A program made the position numbers and the translations under genes. The notes under the pieces are model-generated. The model made no database searches and was not told where the DNA came from. It saw only the letters and a list, made by a program, of their open reading frames with translations. From Iphione sp. A-MEVVRFRX5 (Eukaryota), in assembly GCA_976226885.1 (NCBI GenBank), contig OZ320315.1, positions 36,766,001-36,830,000 of the forward strand: a stretch of DNA of 64,000 nucleotides, given 5' to 3'. Below are positions 33,561 to 47,300 of this stretch, piece by piece; position 1 is the stretch's first letter, and every line of letters starts with the position of its first letter.

Positions 33561-34615
33561 CCACGGACAGGGGCTTTTAATTTCTATGTGGCCGGAGAGA
33601 GGCCAGGGAGAGGAAGGGAACATCTGTGTGTATGTGTGTATGTATGTGTGTGTGTGTAGAGATTGAAGATTATCAGTGGAAATGGTCTGTTGAAGCAAAT
33701 AATCGATGATATTCTCCATTTGTCTGTATGGAGATTGCCATTTCCTTTCTAATGGAGTTAGAGATCCAATAACGTTGTAAAAATATTTTAAGTGATTTAC
33801 ATATTGCAACTCAGGCATTGTCACTGAAATTGAATATTTTCGATTATTCAACATTAATAGGGAAAGTAACTTATCTCATGAGTTTAAGTACCAACATTGC
33901 CCGCAAGCGAGAGTATGAAGCTTGGCAGCCCTGTCTATATCTGTAGATGGTTACCATCTCATGCTTCAGTACAGGACCACCACAGATGCTATGGCCACAC
34001 TGAAAGCAACCGTTCGCAATGCCACCACAACTGTGCCTCCCTCAAGCTCCATTTCTGTAAGAATCACCTTATAGTACCAGATTTGAGAGTACTTTGGCTC
34101 AGACTCTTTGTTTAGCCATCATTAGCTCACTTGGCAGGCTGAGCTTGTGTACCTCTCAGAATAACTCGATCCTGTAGCTTAAAAAGTCCGGGTGATTCAT
34201 GATGGATATACCACTTGGCGCAATTTCTCCCCCGTTCTCTCAGTCACTTTGTACAACACCTCCGTTTCTGCGTAAGGGTCACAGATCTCCTTCAAAACAA
34301 TTGATAAATTCCATATCACGTTTATCCTATGTCCTGTGCTAACTTTGAAGCGATACTTCTCATCCAACAAAACGCTGTATACATGTATATTGTCAAGGAA
34401 ACTCACTGCCCATATGTAACTCCAGACAGGTGTGATCTGTCCAGACACACCGTCTCATCTCCCAGTGTGTGGTCATCCATTGCATTATCTACCATGGCTT
34501 GCCGTACCATGTGCTGTATCATAGACCAGGTAACGTCTTCATGTTTCTACCTCTGACTTCGTCCATTTACAGAGTCATTTTATCGTCTGTTGAAAATGAT
34601 ATAATCACTCCTCTG

Positions 34616-34697
34616 TATATTTTACTGAAAAGACGGGGACGTTCGAATTAAAGTATAGACTTTACTTCGAACGTCCCCGTCTTTTCAGTAAAATATA
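34616..34697. other. 82-nt near-perfect hairpin (39-bp stem, one mismatch, 4-nt loop ATAG)
   Basis: tatattttactgaaaagacggggacgttcgaa-t-taaagt[atag]acttta-c-ttcgaacgtccccgtcttttcagtaaaatata. Confidence 0.9.
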
Positions 34698-35353
34698 TAT
34701 ACACATGTAACTAGTTTTTGATTTGCCGTCCCACACCTCAACCCAGTCAAATAGGGCCAATCGGCACCTGTTACTTAAACTAACAACTCTGTCTGTAGAT
34801 ATTTGCAACAATGTAATCTTGTGATTTACAAATATGTGTACATCTCTTGTTGAAAGTCCACCATTCCCCTTTCTGCAATGATGGTATTTAATACAGGAAT
34901 TGAACTCTTTTGATGTTCGCCATCCGTGTAAACTACATCAGAATTATCCTGACCCATATGATTTTGTGTTTCCAGTTGCCTTATCTTCAATTGAAGCATA
35001 AACAATAAATGGAATTAGAAATTAAAGCCAAAGTTCTTGACATCGCTATAGAGTGGACATTTCTTTCCTCATGTAGACAGAAATAAGCATTAAATAGTTA
35101 CACAATTAAGAGTGCTGGGCAACTGTCGCATTGTCGCCATAAACTTACACGTACATTAAAAGATGCAACAACTTTCTTTTGGCTGCCCAGCCCTGATTAA
35201 ACACTTTTGAAAAACCACTTTGGTCAAATCATTCTGATTTGGACAAAAAGTATACCCACACTGAAACAAATTACTAGTGGGTGTGTGTGATGTTCAAGCC
35301 CTGTTTATATATTGCAGCATTCTTCTCTAATGAAATATGTTGCTGTGACATAT

Positions 35354-35640
35354 TGTAACACATCTCTTGTCTTCGGAACAGATGACTTTGCAAAATAAAG
35401 AATGTCCACACAGTAAAGTGATTTTGGTGTGCTCTCTTCCAATGCAAAAGAGAACTGCCTTTATTCAGGAAAATCTGACCCTTATATACAGAGACTGGCT
35501 CTAAAATTAGCCACAATGAATAACAGTTCTTCCAAAAATAGCAACAATTAACACTTTTTCCACCAACTTCTATTTGGAGGAACTTCTAAAAACTTACATT
35601 TACACAATACCCAACCTTTTCCTTTGAGTCTGAGGATTAT
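35354..35640 (-). repeat. 3' LTR (shared portion)
   Basis: Homologous to 48695-48983; no PBS follows it. Confidence 0.7.
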
Positions 35641-36475
35641 CGGGAAATGGGGGAAAGAGGAAACAGTTTGACCTCTACCACCTGACACTTTGTTCTGGCA
35701 CCCCTTCACCAGCCAGTTCACCCTCCTCCAGTTCATCTCCCCATACGTCATCCAGGTGGAGAAGGTATTGTGAAGGGGCTGCATGGTTACAGATGTCTGC
35801 CACCATGGGATGAAGGGCCTAGTGCTGGTCGCAGGTAGCTTGAGCCATCGCTGGTTGTGTGGGGTCAGACACTCCCTCGGCTCCTTTAGGAACTGCTCTG
35901 CCACCTCCAGGGCCTTGTTGTTAGGGCAGGGTAGATTGTCAAGGTTCTCCCAGTCTTTTTCACTTGGGGTTTCCAATCCTGGAAGCAGGGCTGGTGCTGC
36001 AGGGGTATGAGCAGAGGACCCAGAAGCCCTTAGTGGTTCTCATCCTCCTCAGCCATCTGCACCACCCAGGCCAGGGCTGTGCTAGCCATGAGGCGTTGAG
36101 AAGGGGACATTATTCTCCAGGTTTGCGGTAGCCACGTAAGACAGGGGGGTAGTCTTACCCTGACTGGCTGGAAGACATCTCTCATTACTGCCATGTGCGG
36201 GTGGACGGTCCCATCCAAGATGTTACGCACATGGCCCATGCTGGGTGCAACCTGGGCGGTGGGCAGGAGGTGGTAGGCCAGGTGGGCTAAATGTCCCTCC
36301 AGCAGTCCCTTAAGTGGTAAATGTCCCTCCTGGGGCCTCCTCGAACAGCATCATCCCCATTGCCCCCCCAGTCAGGTCGTCTTCCGAGGCCCAAGGGGAC
36401 AAGAGGTCCTGAGCGGGCACCAGGGCCCCAGTAGCTAACGTTAATGACCCCCGGGGACTGGCTACGCATCTGCAT
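35548..36475 (-). pseudogene. Broken accessory ORF upstream of the 3' LTR; product unknown
   Basis: Consecutive GC-richer ORF pieces (MGHVRNILDGTVHPHMAV..., METPSEKDWENLDNLPCP...) with no recognisable gag/pol motif. Confidence 0.35.
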
Positions 36476-36960
36476 CGCAGCTGTCTGGCTGAGAAGGGGG
36501 TTTCCTTCTACTCCTGATGGGCTGGGTTGAGGGTCAACATGATACCGTTGGTCATGCCGGACTGCTGGGTCTGGGCGGGTGAAGGTCCTCTGGCTGACCC
36601 ATGAGAGGGTGTAAGGTGGGTGCGGTGGCTGGCACCAGCAGACAGTGCCACATCAGCACAGGTGGGGGTGCGCAATGAGTGCTACTGGAGAGCATTTGCT
36701 CCGCCTCCTACCTGCTCATTGCCCAACCAGCTGGGTGCATCCTTCAGGCCTGCTTCACAATTTCTGTCAGTTCATCATCAGGGGGCCATCATCTCCCCAG
36801 TTTGAGTGGTGTTGAAAAGTCACTGATAAGGCATGTCAGTTAATCCTATCTCAACCACCCACACATGGTATTTCCTCAAGTGTACTATCCAGGTCTGTTC
36901 ATGAGATAAAAAACTAGAGACGTGGCTAGATCTGTCGGTGTCCAAGGTCGGAATTGCACT

Positions 36961-37480
36961 CTAATAGTTGGTGGCATCCATGACATTGAGGCCAGTCTGA
37001 GCCACCGTGTGTGAGCGGTGGATCCATTTGTGCTCAGTCAGATCCCTCAGCTGCTTTGCATGCACACTTTCTGGTAGGGTGTGTATAAAATTCACAATGT
37101 GTATTTCAATATCAGAGATGCCATGGTGGTCTCTTCCATTTAAGTGTTCGCTAATGATTGAGTTCAAGACATTGCACTTAATGTTCCCGAAATGGCCTTG
37201 GAATTGGTCCATGAGACGATTCTTCATTTGGCCTAGGTACTGTAATTTGCACCTAGTGCACATACAGTAGATGAGGTTAGAGCTTTTGCAGCTCACATTG
37301 GTTTAAATATGGCACATGGCAAAGAAGGACATTTCTCCCGTTTCTTTGTCATGGCAGGGTTGCCAACCTCGGTTATTACGTTGCATAAAATGCATCGGGG
37401 TGTTCGACTCCTGTCCTGGTGGTAGGGTTTTGTGCCATACAATTCTTTCGTTGGCGGGGTCACCAACTGTTTCCTCACCC
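36961..37480 (-). mobile_element. Penelope-like retroelement 3' fragment (GIY-YIG endonuclease)
   Basis: CKSSNLIYCMCTRCKLQYLGQMKNRL...H...EHKWIHRSHTVAQTGLN, preceded by a CILC motif: the usual C-terminus of a Penelope ORF. Confidence 0.85.
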
Positions 37481-37545
37481 ACTTTGATGCTATATAAATG
37501 GGTGCTCGCTGCCTGTTGCTGACTCGCCACCCTCGGAAGCAGGTT

Positions 37546-38608
37546 AACCCCTACTGGCCTGTCCATAGGCTTATAGATCATATAGGCTCAATAAGCTTTG
37601 AGCCAGCAGTGATGAGTGATATTTGATGGATTTCTTTGATTTTTTGCATTACATAAGATCATATTGTAAGGTATTCATTATCACTTGAAGTTTTGTTCAA
37701 ATATACTGGGTTACCATGGAAAGTGGTCATATGACCAGTAAGAACCCCTAAATTCAGCATATTTCCATATTTTTATAAAATATTAAAACAATTATGTCTT
37801 AAACTTTAAAAAACGCAGATAAATTTTCATTATATTAGCAAAATATTCCTGTGAAATACTAGAGGGGTTATCCCTATAGCTTATCAAAAATTTTTAATGA
37901 ATCATTAGTGGTAATAATACTAAAAGTATAATTTATGATGTCCTATAACCATTTTCTTTAAGACATAGAACTACATGTAACTATTGCATAATATTTCTGA
38001 TTATTATATACAGCTCTTATTGTAAAAAAGATTCTTTTGTTAAGTTCTGTCATGAAAATGATAAGAAAATTCATAGTTTGTTTTGTTTGGACACATATTT
38101 GACTAATAATCTTAAATCAATTGTGATTATATCCATTTTTGGTATATCCCATGATGCATCAGTGATACTGATGCATTTGGTGACTATTTGGTGCACTATT
38201 TTTGTATGAAACATGTATTCTTACATGTAATGACAAAATGCGTTCCAGATCACATACAGAGACAAATTAGGTATCAGAATACTGGAAATCACTTGCTGAA
38301 CACTTTCTTAATTGAACATTTTCTTCTATGAGCAATGTTTTTCAATGCTTATTATCAAGTTAGATAAATTAGGGTAAATTAGATGTAAATTTTTGAAACT
38401 GTATCTCATTTTCAATTGAGTCTTGTTGCCATGGCAACCAAATATGTGACATGATACAGTTTTAAAAATAACGTAATCCAAGAGCTTTCTGTTGGTATGC
38501 AACATTACAAGGTTATCTCCTGTATTAAAGCCTGTAGCTAAACATGATATATGTTCAGCAGTTACCAATTCAAAAACCATCATTTTTGCCAGTCAGGAAG
38601 GAGTTAAG
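37546..38608. mobile_element. AT-rich non-autonomous DNA element, possibly TTAA-flanked; contains the palindrome GTTGCCATGGCAAC at 38425-38438
   Basis: TTAACCCCT at the left and AGGAGTTAA at the right, with only weak terminal complementarity and a non-coding interior. Confidence 0.3.
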
Positions 38609-41600
38609 CCAAGATGAATCTCCCCTCATACCTCACTCAGTTGTCACACCATGGACTCTTCGTCCCTGAGGATTGGACTGGGTACCCACCCATGGATGAC
38701 AGGTAGGATCACTCCAGGCTTGGCTGTTTCAGTTGACAGTTCTCCCTTTGGCTCACCTGGTGCCCTGGTCCTGACCAGCTGCAGTATTGCCACAATGTAC
38801 TATTTTGAAAGTACAGTACTTTTTTTCACAATTTGAGGATTTTGTACTTTTTTGTACTTTTTTCAAGTTTTGTACTGTTTTTGTACTTTTTTTTCATCAT
38901 TTCACAAACTGTTATCAAGGAATCTACTGTTTTGGTCCATTTTTGCTGTAGTTTCACAAAAACTTGGTGTGCTAATATGTGATTTAAAGGAATTCTATCA
39001 GAATGACATTCTGGTCTCTCTCCATACTGAGTGTTGACAACTGTTTGCCATGACAACTATATTTCCAATGCCTTCTGAGGAGGACACCTAGCCCCAAGGA
39101 TATTTTGGTAAGTAAAAGAATCAGTTTGCAATCAATGTTTGAAATTAAATTTTCAAAAAATGCATCCACTTGGCTCTAAGCTTTGATATATACATATACA
39201 TGAAAGCATTGCTATGCAATTCCAAAAGCAAAAAGCTGTTTATTCTTTTAAAATTATTTACACTGCCCAGGAGTATGCTTCTTCAAAATGTACATCTGAT
39301 GTCAATATGGGGAGAGTTGTTTGTAGTTGGATTGGAACAACATCCAAAATGTATCAGACAATGAAGATTTGACTAGAGAAAAGCAACCTTATGTCTTAAA
39401 TGTCATGACATCACATGTGCTAGCATCCAAGGTCTCGTAAAGGCTCACTGATAACAGTTACATTGTTCACCACTAAACTGGACAAAAAATATAATGGCTT
39501 TACACTGTTTTATAGGAACGATTTTCGGCACATGCTGATTCTACAAACACGAGTACTTGAACAAAAAATTTGTTTGCACACTTGGTAGTACTTTGTATAA
39601 GGCTTTGCTTTACGTATTTCTATCTATACACTATACAAAAACCAAATGCAACTCATAACATAATGTTATCCTTATACATTCCGCTTTCTACTGCATTATC
39701 TTAATAGTACAACATACATTATCTCAATATGGCATAATGGCACACGGTAGCAGTAACCGTTTGCATCGCAGTTTAAAACGGTTCAAATACTAGTGTGCTG
39801 TAAAGTGGTTAGGGGTTGCCCCAGGTAACCACAAATTTTCATTTTGTACTGAAAATAGTGGTCTAAGTGGCCAAGTGGTCATCCTGGGCGACTGGCCGCA
39901 ATGGGCAGAAGCTATCATATAGAGAATGTACTGAAATTTGATTCATTCTGGGAAAAAGCAGTCATTCTGGGTGAGTGGTCACCCAACGCAATTAGTCACA
40001 GGGCGAGAGTATACTGTATTAATGAAACTTTTTGTTTTTTTAGCCATCTTGTAACCAAGAGAACTTTACAAGGTAACATCATGGCAAGACTGGACTGAAA
40101 CACTCAGTATTTTTTCTGGCAACGGGTCTGTGGGAACACTGCAGCTGGCTTGGGTAGAGGGGCTAGGGGAAGCCCACATCCTTCCTACTTGGCCTCTTTG
40201 GTCCAGTTCCTCTGTGTTCCAGTTGCCGGTTTACTGTTGGGTGCTCTCCATCTCTGAAGAGGGGGTAAGTAGTGTTTTTTAGTCTTTTTTTTCAAGTGTA
40301 GCTTCCCTCTTCTGGTTTGTCCTTTCAGAAGCCAGCCACCCAATGCATACTACAGGGCCCTCAACATCTAGACACGTGGTCCAACCATCCCGATATTTGG
40401 GCTGTATCCTGTACTGGATGATCCACCGTATGTGTCTTCCCCTGGCTACATCTGCCTCAAGAGTGGGTCCTCAGTGTGCATGCAGGAGATCTTTCCTGGT
40501 ATCCCATCATGGTTGATGATAGTGATTTATTGTCTATCCAGTGTTATAGCAATAAAATGCCAATCTCCTCTTCACGATTGTCGTCTTTCACCTTGGGAGT
40601 TTCCTTCATTTCAGGGAGGGTAATGTGTTCATGCTAGGCGGGGTCCTTCTCTTCTACTGATAGTTAACTTCTTCCACCCTCAGAATTTTTCTCGTTTCAG
40701 TGAGGGTAATGTTCTTATGCTAAGGGGGTACTTCTCTTCTGTCGATACCTAGTAACCTTTCCCCCCTGAGATAATTTCAACAAGTGGAATAATTTTTCAT
40801 TATCTCACCAGACAAGCAGACGACACCTTCCAGAGGACATGGACGGCAACTTGGTCAGCAGTTTCCCCTAGAGGAAATGGACAGCAGCTTGGCTGGGGGT
40901 CTGGGGCAGTCAGCTTGTATAACAAGCAGACGGCGCCTTCCAGAGGACATGGACGGCAAATGGTTACCACATTCCCCTAGAGAAAATGGACAGCAACTTG
41001 GCTGGTGGTCTGCATCAGCCAGCTTGTTTAACAATGGTGGCAGAAGGCCTTGATTTCACCACTCAGTTAGCACCTGTCTCCAAGAGGAAGTGGGCTACAG
41101 CTAGGCTGTCTTTTCTGCCTTCATCAACTTCTTGAGTGTTCTTGGGGGGGGGGGGGGGTCTGTCCGCTTACCCAACTGGAGATTCTGTGAGCCTCCCATA
41201 CCTCTGGGCCCTCTTCACCAGCCCCATGAGTTCCATAAGCTTTTTTATGCACTCTGGGATGTTCCCACTCCAGACCGTTCTAAGTGTCCCGGGATATCCA
41301 TCCTCCCTCTAGACGTTTTGGAGCCTTTGTGGCCCCTAGGATGTCTACACTCCTTCCGGGAATCTTTCAAGCCTCTTACAACTCTGGGCTCTCCCTGCTT
41401 GCCCCACGGAGCTTCTTGGATGATTACAGGAAGTCTATTCTCCCACAGACTTGTTGTGGATGCATATCATTTCTAGTATGTCCGTCGTGTCCAACTGGAA
41501 CTTTTGAGCCCTGCAGGTTCCAGGTGTTCCACCACCTTTCATGAGCCTTTTGAGCCTCCCCAATTCGAAGCTTTCAGTTGCTTCTGAGTCATGCTGACTC

Positions 41601-42056
41601 TGAGGGACTTGTCTCCTCATCTGGAGACTTCCCTTTTTCTTGGTCTTCTCCATGTGATGCAGCGAACTTCTTCCTCTGTGTGATAATCCACTAGGGAACA
41701 TCACCTCCCTGATAGGGTCTCAATTGGTTCCGATGAACTACCTTTGTCCTTGCCTTCCGCGATCATTGTATGGCTAGCCATTCATCATGTAGCCACTTGA
41801 TTATTAACCAGGGCCCTGTCCAGGGGAAAAAGGTCTTCAGGCTCTTCCCCCTTGGGGGTTGGGCCTGCTGCAAGTGGTGTCACACCACCCTGTAGGCGGC
41901 CTGCATCGGATGGCCTATCTCACCCACCTTGTCTGGGAGAGGTGGCTCTTCCATGATGCATTGCGGGAGCCCGTCCCATGCATGCACCGGGAGGATGAAT
42001 ACCTGACTGAACATCAGGAAGTTGGCAGTATACCCAGTGCTGGCCTGACGCGAGGC

Positions 42057-43930
42057 TCAATAGGCCATCATCAGGTATGGTAGAGCCTCATCCCAGTCGT
42101 CTTGCACCTCATGGCAGTGGGCCTTCATCATCTGACCCATGGTGTGGAAACTCCTTTCAATAAACTGATCGCTTTGTGGGTGGTGTGGTGTAGTCTGGAT
42201 CTTCTTGATGTCTAAGAACTGACAGAGTGCCACTAGGTCTTCGCTACAGAAGTTTGTGTCCTGATCGCTATGGATTTCTAGGAAGCAGCCATACTGTGCG
42301 ATGACTTCCTCTGCCAGTAAGGTGGCTACCCAGCTGGCCCTATGGTCGGGCATGGCAAAGACTTCTAGCCACATGGTAAAGTGATCACTCACCATAAAGA
42401 CGTATTGGTTCCCCCTCTTTGTCTCTGGTAAGGGGCCAGCCACATCTATGGACCACCACTCCATTGCTTCACAAGGCAGGTAAATTTTTAGCACTATTTG
42501 GGCTTTTCGAGGGCTAACGTTTAGGAGTACGCAGTGACAACGGTGGCAGAAGGCTTCAACTTCCCGCTGCATGCCCAGCCAGTAGTAAGCAAGCGTAATC
42601 AGGTAAATGGTGTGGTCAGCGGCTAGATGGCCTCCAGTTCTACCAGCGTACACCTCCCTGATGGCTGCTTCATGTCATCCAGTGGGGAGCACTGCCTGCA
42701 ACCAGGACGGGTCGCTCCCAAGTCCATACCATCGTTGATTGAAGGAGTCCCTCGTTAACCGTCAGCTGGTCCCATTGTTGCCACAAGGCCTTTGCCATGG
42801 CTGGCAGTGCAGACACATAATCCCAAAGGGGCTGGTCCGTACTCCTCTCTCTTAGGCGTAGGATCAGGCCGACTGCCTCATCTTGGAGTTGTTCCCAGTG
42901 CTCATAGTTCCGGCAATTGTGCAGGGGTGGTCTGACTTCAGGTTATCACCCGTATCGGGGCCGAGTTCTGGTGTTTGGGCTCTAGGTGGGGCTGTTTGCA
43001 CTCACCTGTACAACGCATCGGCGATGGAGTTCAGACGTCCAGCCCAATGGACAAGTTGTAACCGATACTGCCCAATCCTCTCCAACCATCGGACTAGTTG
43101 CCCTTCTGGGTCTTTAATTTTGCTGAGCTTACTTATGGCCCCATTGTCGGTATGCACCATCATGTCTTGTCCATAAAGGTAGAAGTGAAAGTGTTTGAGG
43201 GCAGCCATAACTGCTAGGAGCTCCCGTTGCATGACACAGTAGTGCTGGTCAGCTTCACTGAGGCTTCTACTGTAGTGTCAAGATAGTAGTGCCCAGTGGG
43301 ACAGGGGTAACTGAAGATGGGGCTGGTACTCAATGCCCGTTTCAGCTCCTGGAATGTGGCTTCCTCTTCAGGACCCCATACAAACTTCCCCCTCAGACTG
43401 GTGAGGCATTTCAGGGGCACTGCCACATTAGCGAACTGGGGTACGTGGCATTGGTAATAGGAGCAGATTCCTAGGAAGGCCTGAACGTTGGTGGTGCATT
43501 TTGGGGTCAGCCACTCAACGATGGACTTAGTCTTGGCAGGGTCAGTGGCCACCCCCTTCTGGGAAACAAGGTGCCCAAGGAAACTGACCTCCTCCAAAAA
43601 CAGCTGACACTTGGTCAGCCTGAGCTTCAACCCAGCTTGAGCAATCCAGCCCAACACATGGTCCAGTCACTCCAGTGTCTCTGGAAAGTCCCACCCGAAG
43701 ACCAGGATATCATCCAGGTATACTAGGCACTGTTCTCAGGCGAGGCCTCGCAGCACTGTCTCCATCAGTCGTTCAAACATAGCCAGGGCGTTCACCAGCC
43801 CAAAGAGCATCACCATGAACTCATATAACCCCACCAACGTGGAAAAAGCTTCTCTCATTCTTTGGGGTGCATCCGGACCTGTCAATAGCCCAATGCCAGA
43901 TCTAGGGGGCTCAGGGAGTCGTCTATCCAT
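42057..43930 (-). pseudogene. Gypsy pol remnant 1 (RT, RNase H, integrase)
   Basis: GLYEFMVMLFGLVNALAMFERLMETVLRGL, YLDDILV (frameshifted), KCQLFLEEVSFLGH, QRELLAV...HTDNGA, SIDVAGPLPETKRGNQYVFMV, IHSDQDTNF. Confidence 0.92.
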
Positions 43931-44329
43931 GGCAGGGGGTAGGCATCAACCTTGGTCTGTTGCTTTAGCTTCCGGTAGTCGACACAGAAGCTTCACCACC
44001 GACATCCCCCACAGATGCAGCTTGCCCAGCACGCTTTCTGATCTGGGCAACATACTCACCTATGGGCATGTTTACTTCAACTTCCGGAGGATCTTTTTAT
44101 AACAACTTCATCGGCAAAACTGCATAATGCCTGAATACTAGCTTGTAAGGAGAAACTTATGTTGTAGATTGGGGGGGTTAGCCGATAAGCATGCATAATA
44201 AATGGTATTATTTGATCCCATTCGTTGTGTTTTTCTTCTGCTGGGGCTTTCAATAACCGGTTAACTGTTCAAAAACTTCTCTCAATGAAGTTGTCACTTT
44301 GTGGATGTAACAGTGTAGTTAATTTGGTC

Positions 44330-47300
44330 TTCAAAATTTCAAATGAGTTCTTGTAATAATTGGCTTTCAAAATTCCTCCCCTGATTGGAGTGTAGCTTTC
44401 AGAAAGCCCCATAGCGGCAGATTACTTCCTCAAGCAAAATATCCACTACTGTCACAGCTCACTGATTAGGTAAGCAGAACGCTTCAAGCCATTTAGTGAG
44501 GTAATCACCCACCATCAGGATATATCAATTCCCATTGGATGTTTCGGGGAACAGTCCAGCTATATACATTGCCCAGGTTCCCTTACCAGGTATTGGTGCA
44601 GGGTTTGGCAGGGGCTGCTGTATTTAGTAATTGGGTACATAGGCACTTGGATATGTAGTGTCACACATCCTCCGACATTCTGGGGCAATAATAGAGTAAA
44701 TCTATATGTGCAATGGTACGATCTATTCTGAAATGTGCTGCCACAGGGCCAGAATGCACTTCATATAAGATAGTCTTCTGTTGGGAGAATTTCCTGTAAA
44801 CGGGTGCTTTCATCCTCAAACTCATACCAAACCAGATACAAAACACCATTCTTCACTTGCAACTGGTTCCACTCCTTACATAGCATTTTAGAGTCTTCTG
44901 GAAGATGACTAACCTGTGACCAAGCTGGCCATTCTTCTTGCTGTTCACACAGTCGGAGGATTGCACCAATAGCTTAGTACTGAAATTGTTTTCGGCGTTT
45001 TTCTTTGAGATGCATCAGAAGATCTTTAGCTGTATTTACCTGTAACACTTGTTACTACTCGTACAGTCATCCTTTCTTCATGTTCACCTCCACACTGCTT
45101 ACATGGTAGCATCCTAGAAAGCGCATCAGCATTTCCATGCTCCTTCAAAAAATGAAACCAACTCATAGTGCTATTATCCATTCTCACAATAACCTACTGC
45201 CCATACAAGTAATAATGCATCTTCTTGACTGGCAAAACCACAGCTAGGAGTTCCTTTCCGGTTATACAATACTTCATTTCGGCGTCTGATAGTGTTCTAC
45301 TGTAATACTGTATTACCCATTCTTTCCCATCTTGTTCTTGAGACAGCACCGCTCCAATTCCAGTGTTGCTGGCATCTGTATCCAGGTAGTACTGCCCTTC
45401 TGTTTGAGGATACCCAAAGATAGGACTACTCACCAGAGCCTTCTTCAGGTCTTCAAGCCCCTTCTGTTGTTCTTCTTTCCATCCAAAGGCTTGTCCTTTC
45501 TAGGTCAACTTCCGAAGTGGAGCAAAGCGAGTATCAAATTCAGGAACATACGTCCTATAGTAGGAGCACATCCCCAAAAATGTTCTCACTCCTGTCAAAT
45601 CAGTCAAAGGTACCCAATCTTTGATGGCCTGGATCTTCTGAGGCTCGGTGGAAATTCCTGCTTCAGTCAATATATGACGAAGGAAATTGATGTGCTTTAG
45701 GAATAAATTACATTTCTTTGGCTTGAGCTTCTGTCTAGCATCTTGTAGGTGTTGAATCACCCTCCGAAGTCTCTCAATAGTTTCTTCAAATGTTTTTCCA
45801 AACAGCAAGATATCATCCAGATATACCAGACATTCTTCCCAGGTCAGAACTTGCAATACGGCATCCATCAATCTTTCAAAGGTAGCTGGAACGTTTATTA
45901 GACCAAAGGCATCACCATAAACTCAAATAGCCCTAACAAGGTGACGAAAGCTGTTTTTGGAATATCCCCCTTCTCTATCTCAACTTACCAATATCCGCTA
46001 GCCAGATCCAACAAACAGAAATATTTGGCTCCTAATTCTGTGTTAAGTAAGTCATCTATCCAAGGTAATAGATCAGCATCTTTTCTGGTGATCTCATTCA
46101 GCTTCCGATAATCTAGACAAAATCTAGCAGTACCATCCTTCTTACTCACCATTACCACAAGACTGGCCCAAGGACTAACACTCTCTCGGATGACTCCAGC
46201 TTTCAGCATTTTGTGTACCAACTTCTGCTCTTCCTGTCATTTTCCCAGAGGGAGTTGCCACACCCATTGCTTAATAGGCAGATGTCCTTCCACATCTATC
46301 CAATGCTTGATTATCCCAGTTTTTCCAATATCTGTTCCTCCAGTGGAAAAGGTATCATTAAATTCTAATAGAACTTGCTTAACTACAGGCTACCGTTCCT
46401 CTGATAAGTCCTTTTGGGAGTGCTGCTACTGATCTTCCAAGTGTGCAGGCAATTCCAGCTCCTTACCTATTCTTATTTCTCCTACTCTATTATCTAACTT
46501 AACTTTATGGACATTTTCGCCCAACGCCATCTCCTTCTGAGGGTAAGTGATGATCACTCCCCTATCTAGGAGAAAATCATTCCTGAGGATCACTTCCTGT
46601 TCCACATCAGTGAACACCACCAGCACCTCATATGTTTGTCCATTTGCCTTAAACTTAACTGTTCCTTGTCCTAGAGTCAAAGTCGCCTGCCCTGTAATGC
46701 TGGTTAGTGGAACTTGCAGTCTTATGGTGTCTCTGGGTGCAAACTCTTCTTTTGCAATGGAGACCTCAGCCCCCATGTCTATGAGGCAGTCAATGTTCTG
46801 ATTATTGATTCTGACCAGCAAATATATCCCTGAACCTGTCACCATCCCTACACAATGGTCAGAGCCGGTGGCACCTTGTTGTTTCTCAACATAGGTGCAG
46901 GTACCGTTGCAGGTTCTGCTTCCTATTTGAGCTTTGGACAATCCCTCTTAAAGTGAACCTCTGAATCACAGTTCCAGCAGACAAACTTGCCTCTGCATTT
47001 CTTCCTTTGTCTACCTTCTTCTCTGTTTTAACTGGTCTCTTTGTCATTGGCCTCTTTCTTCATTTCTGGGTCTTCTGAGCCAATTTTTCCTCAGACTCTT
47101 TCTCTATCACCATGATTTGATCGGTGATGGCCTCCTCAGTTTGAGGTGCCCCAATTTTCTTCTGGCTGGCATAACATTCCTCCATTTCCACCACTCGGAT
47201 AGCTTCCTCCAAAGTCTTCACATCTGCTCTCATACATTTTAGTTCCAGCTTGTCTCCAAGAGCTCTTTGGAAGAAGGCCACTGAGAAGGAGTCCTTGGTT

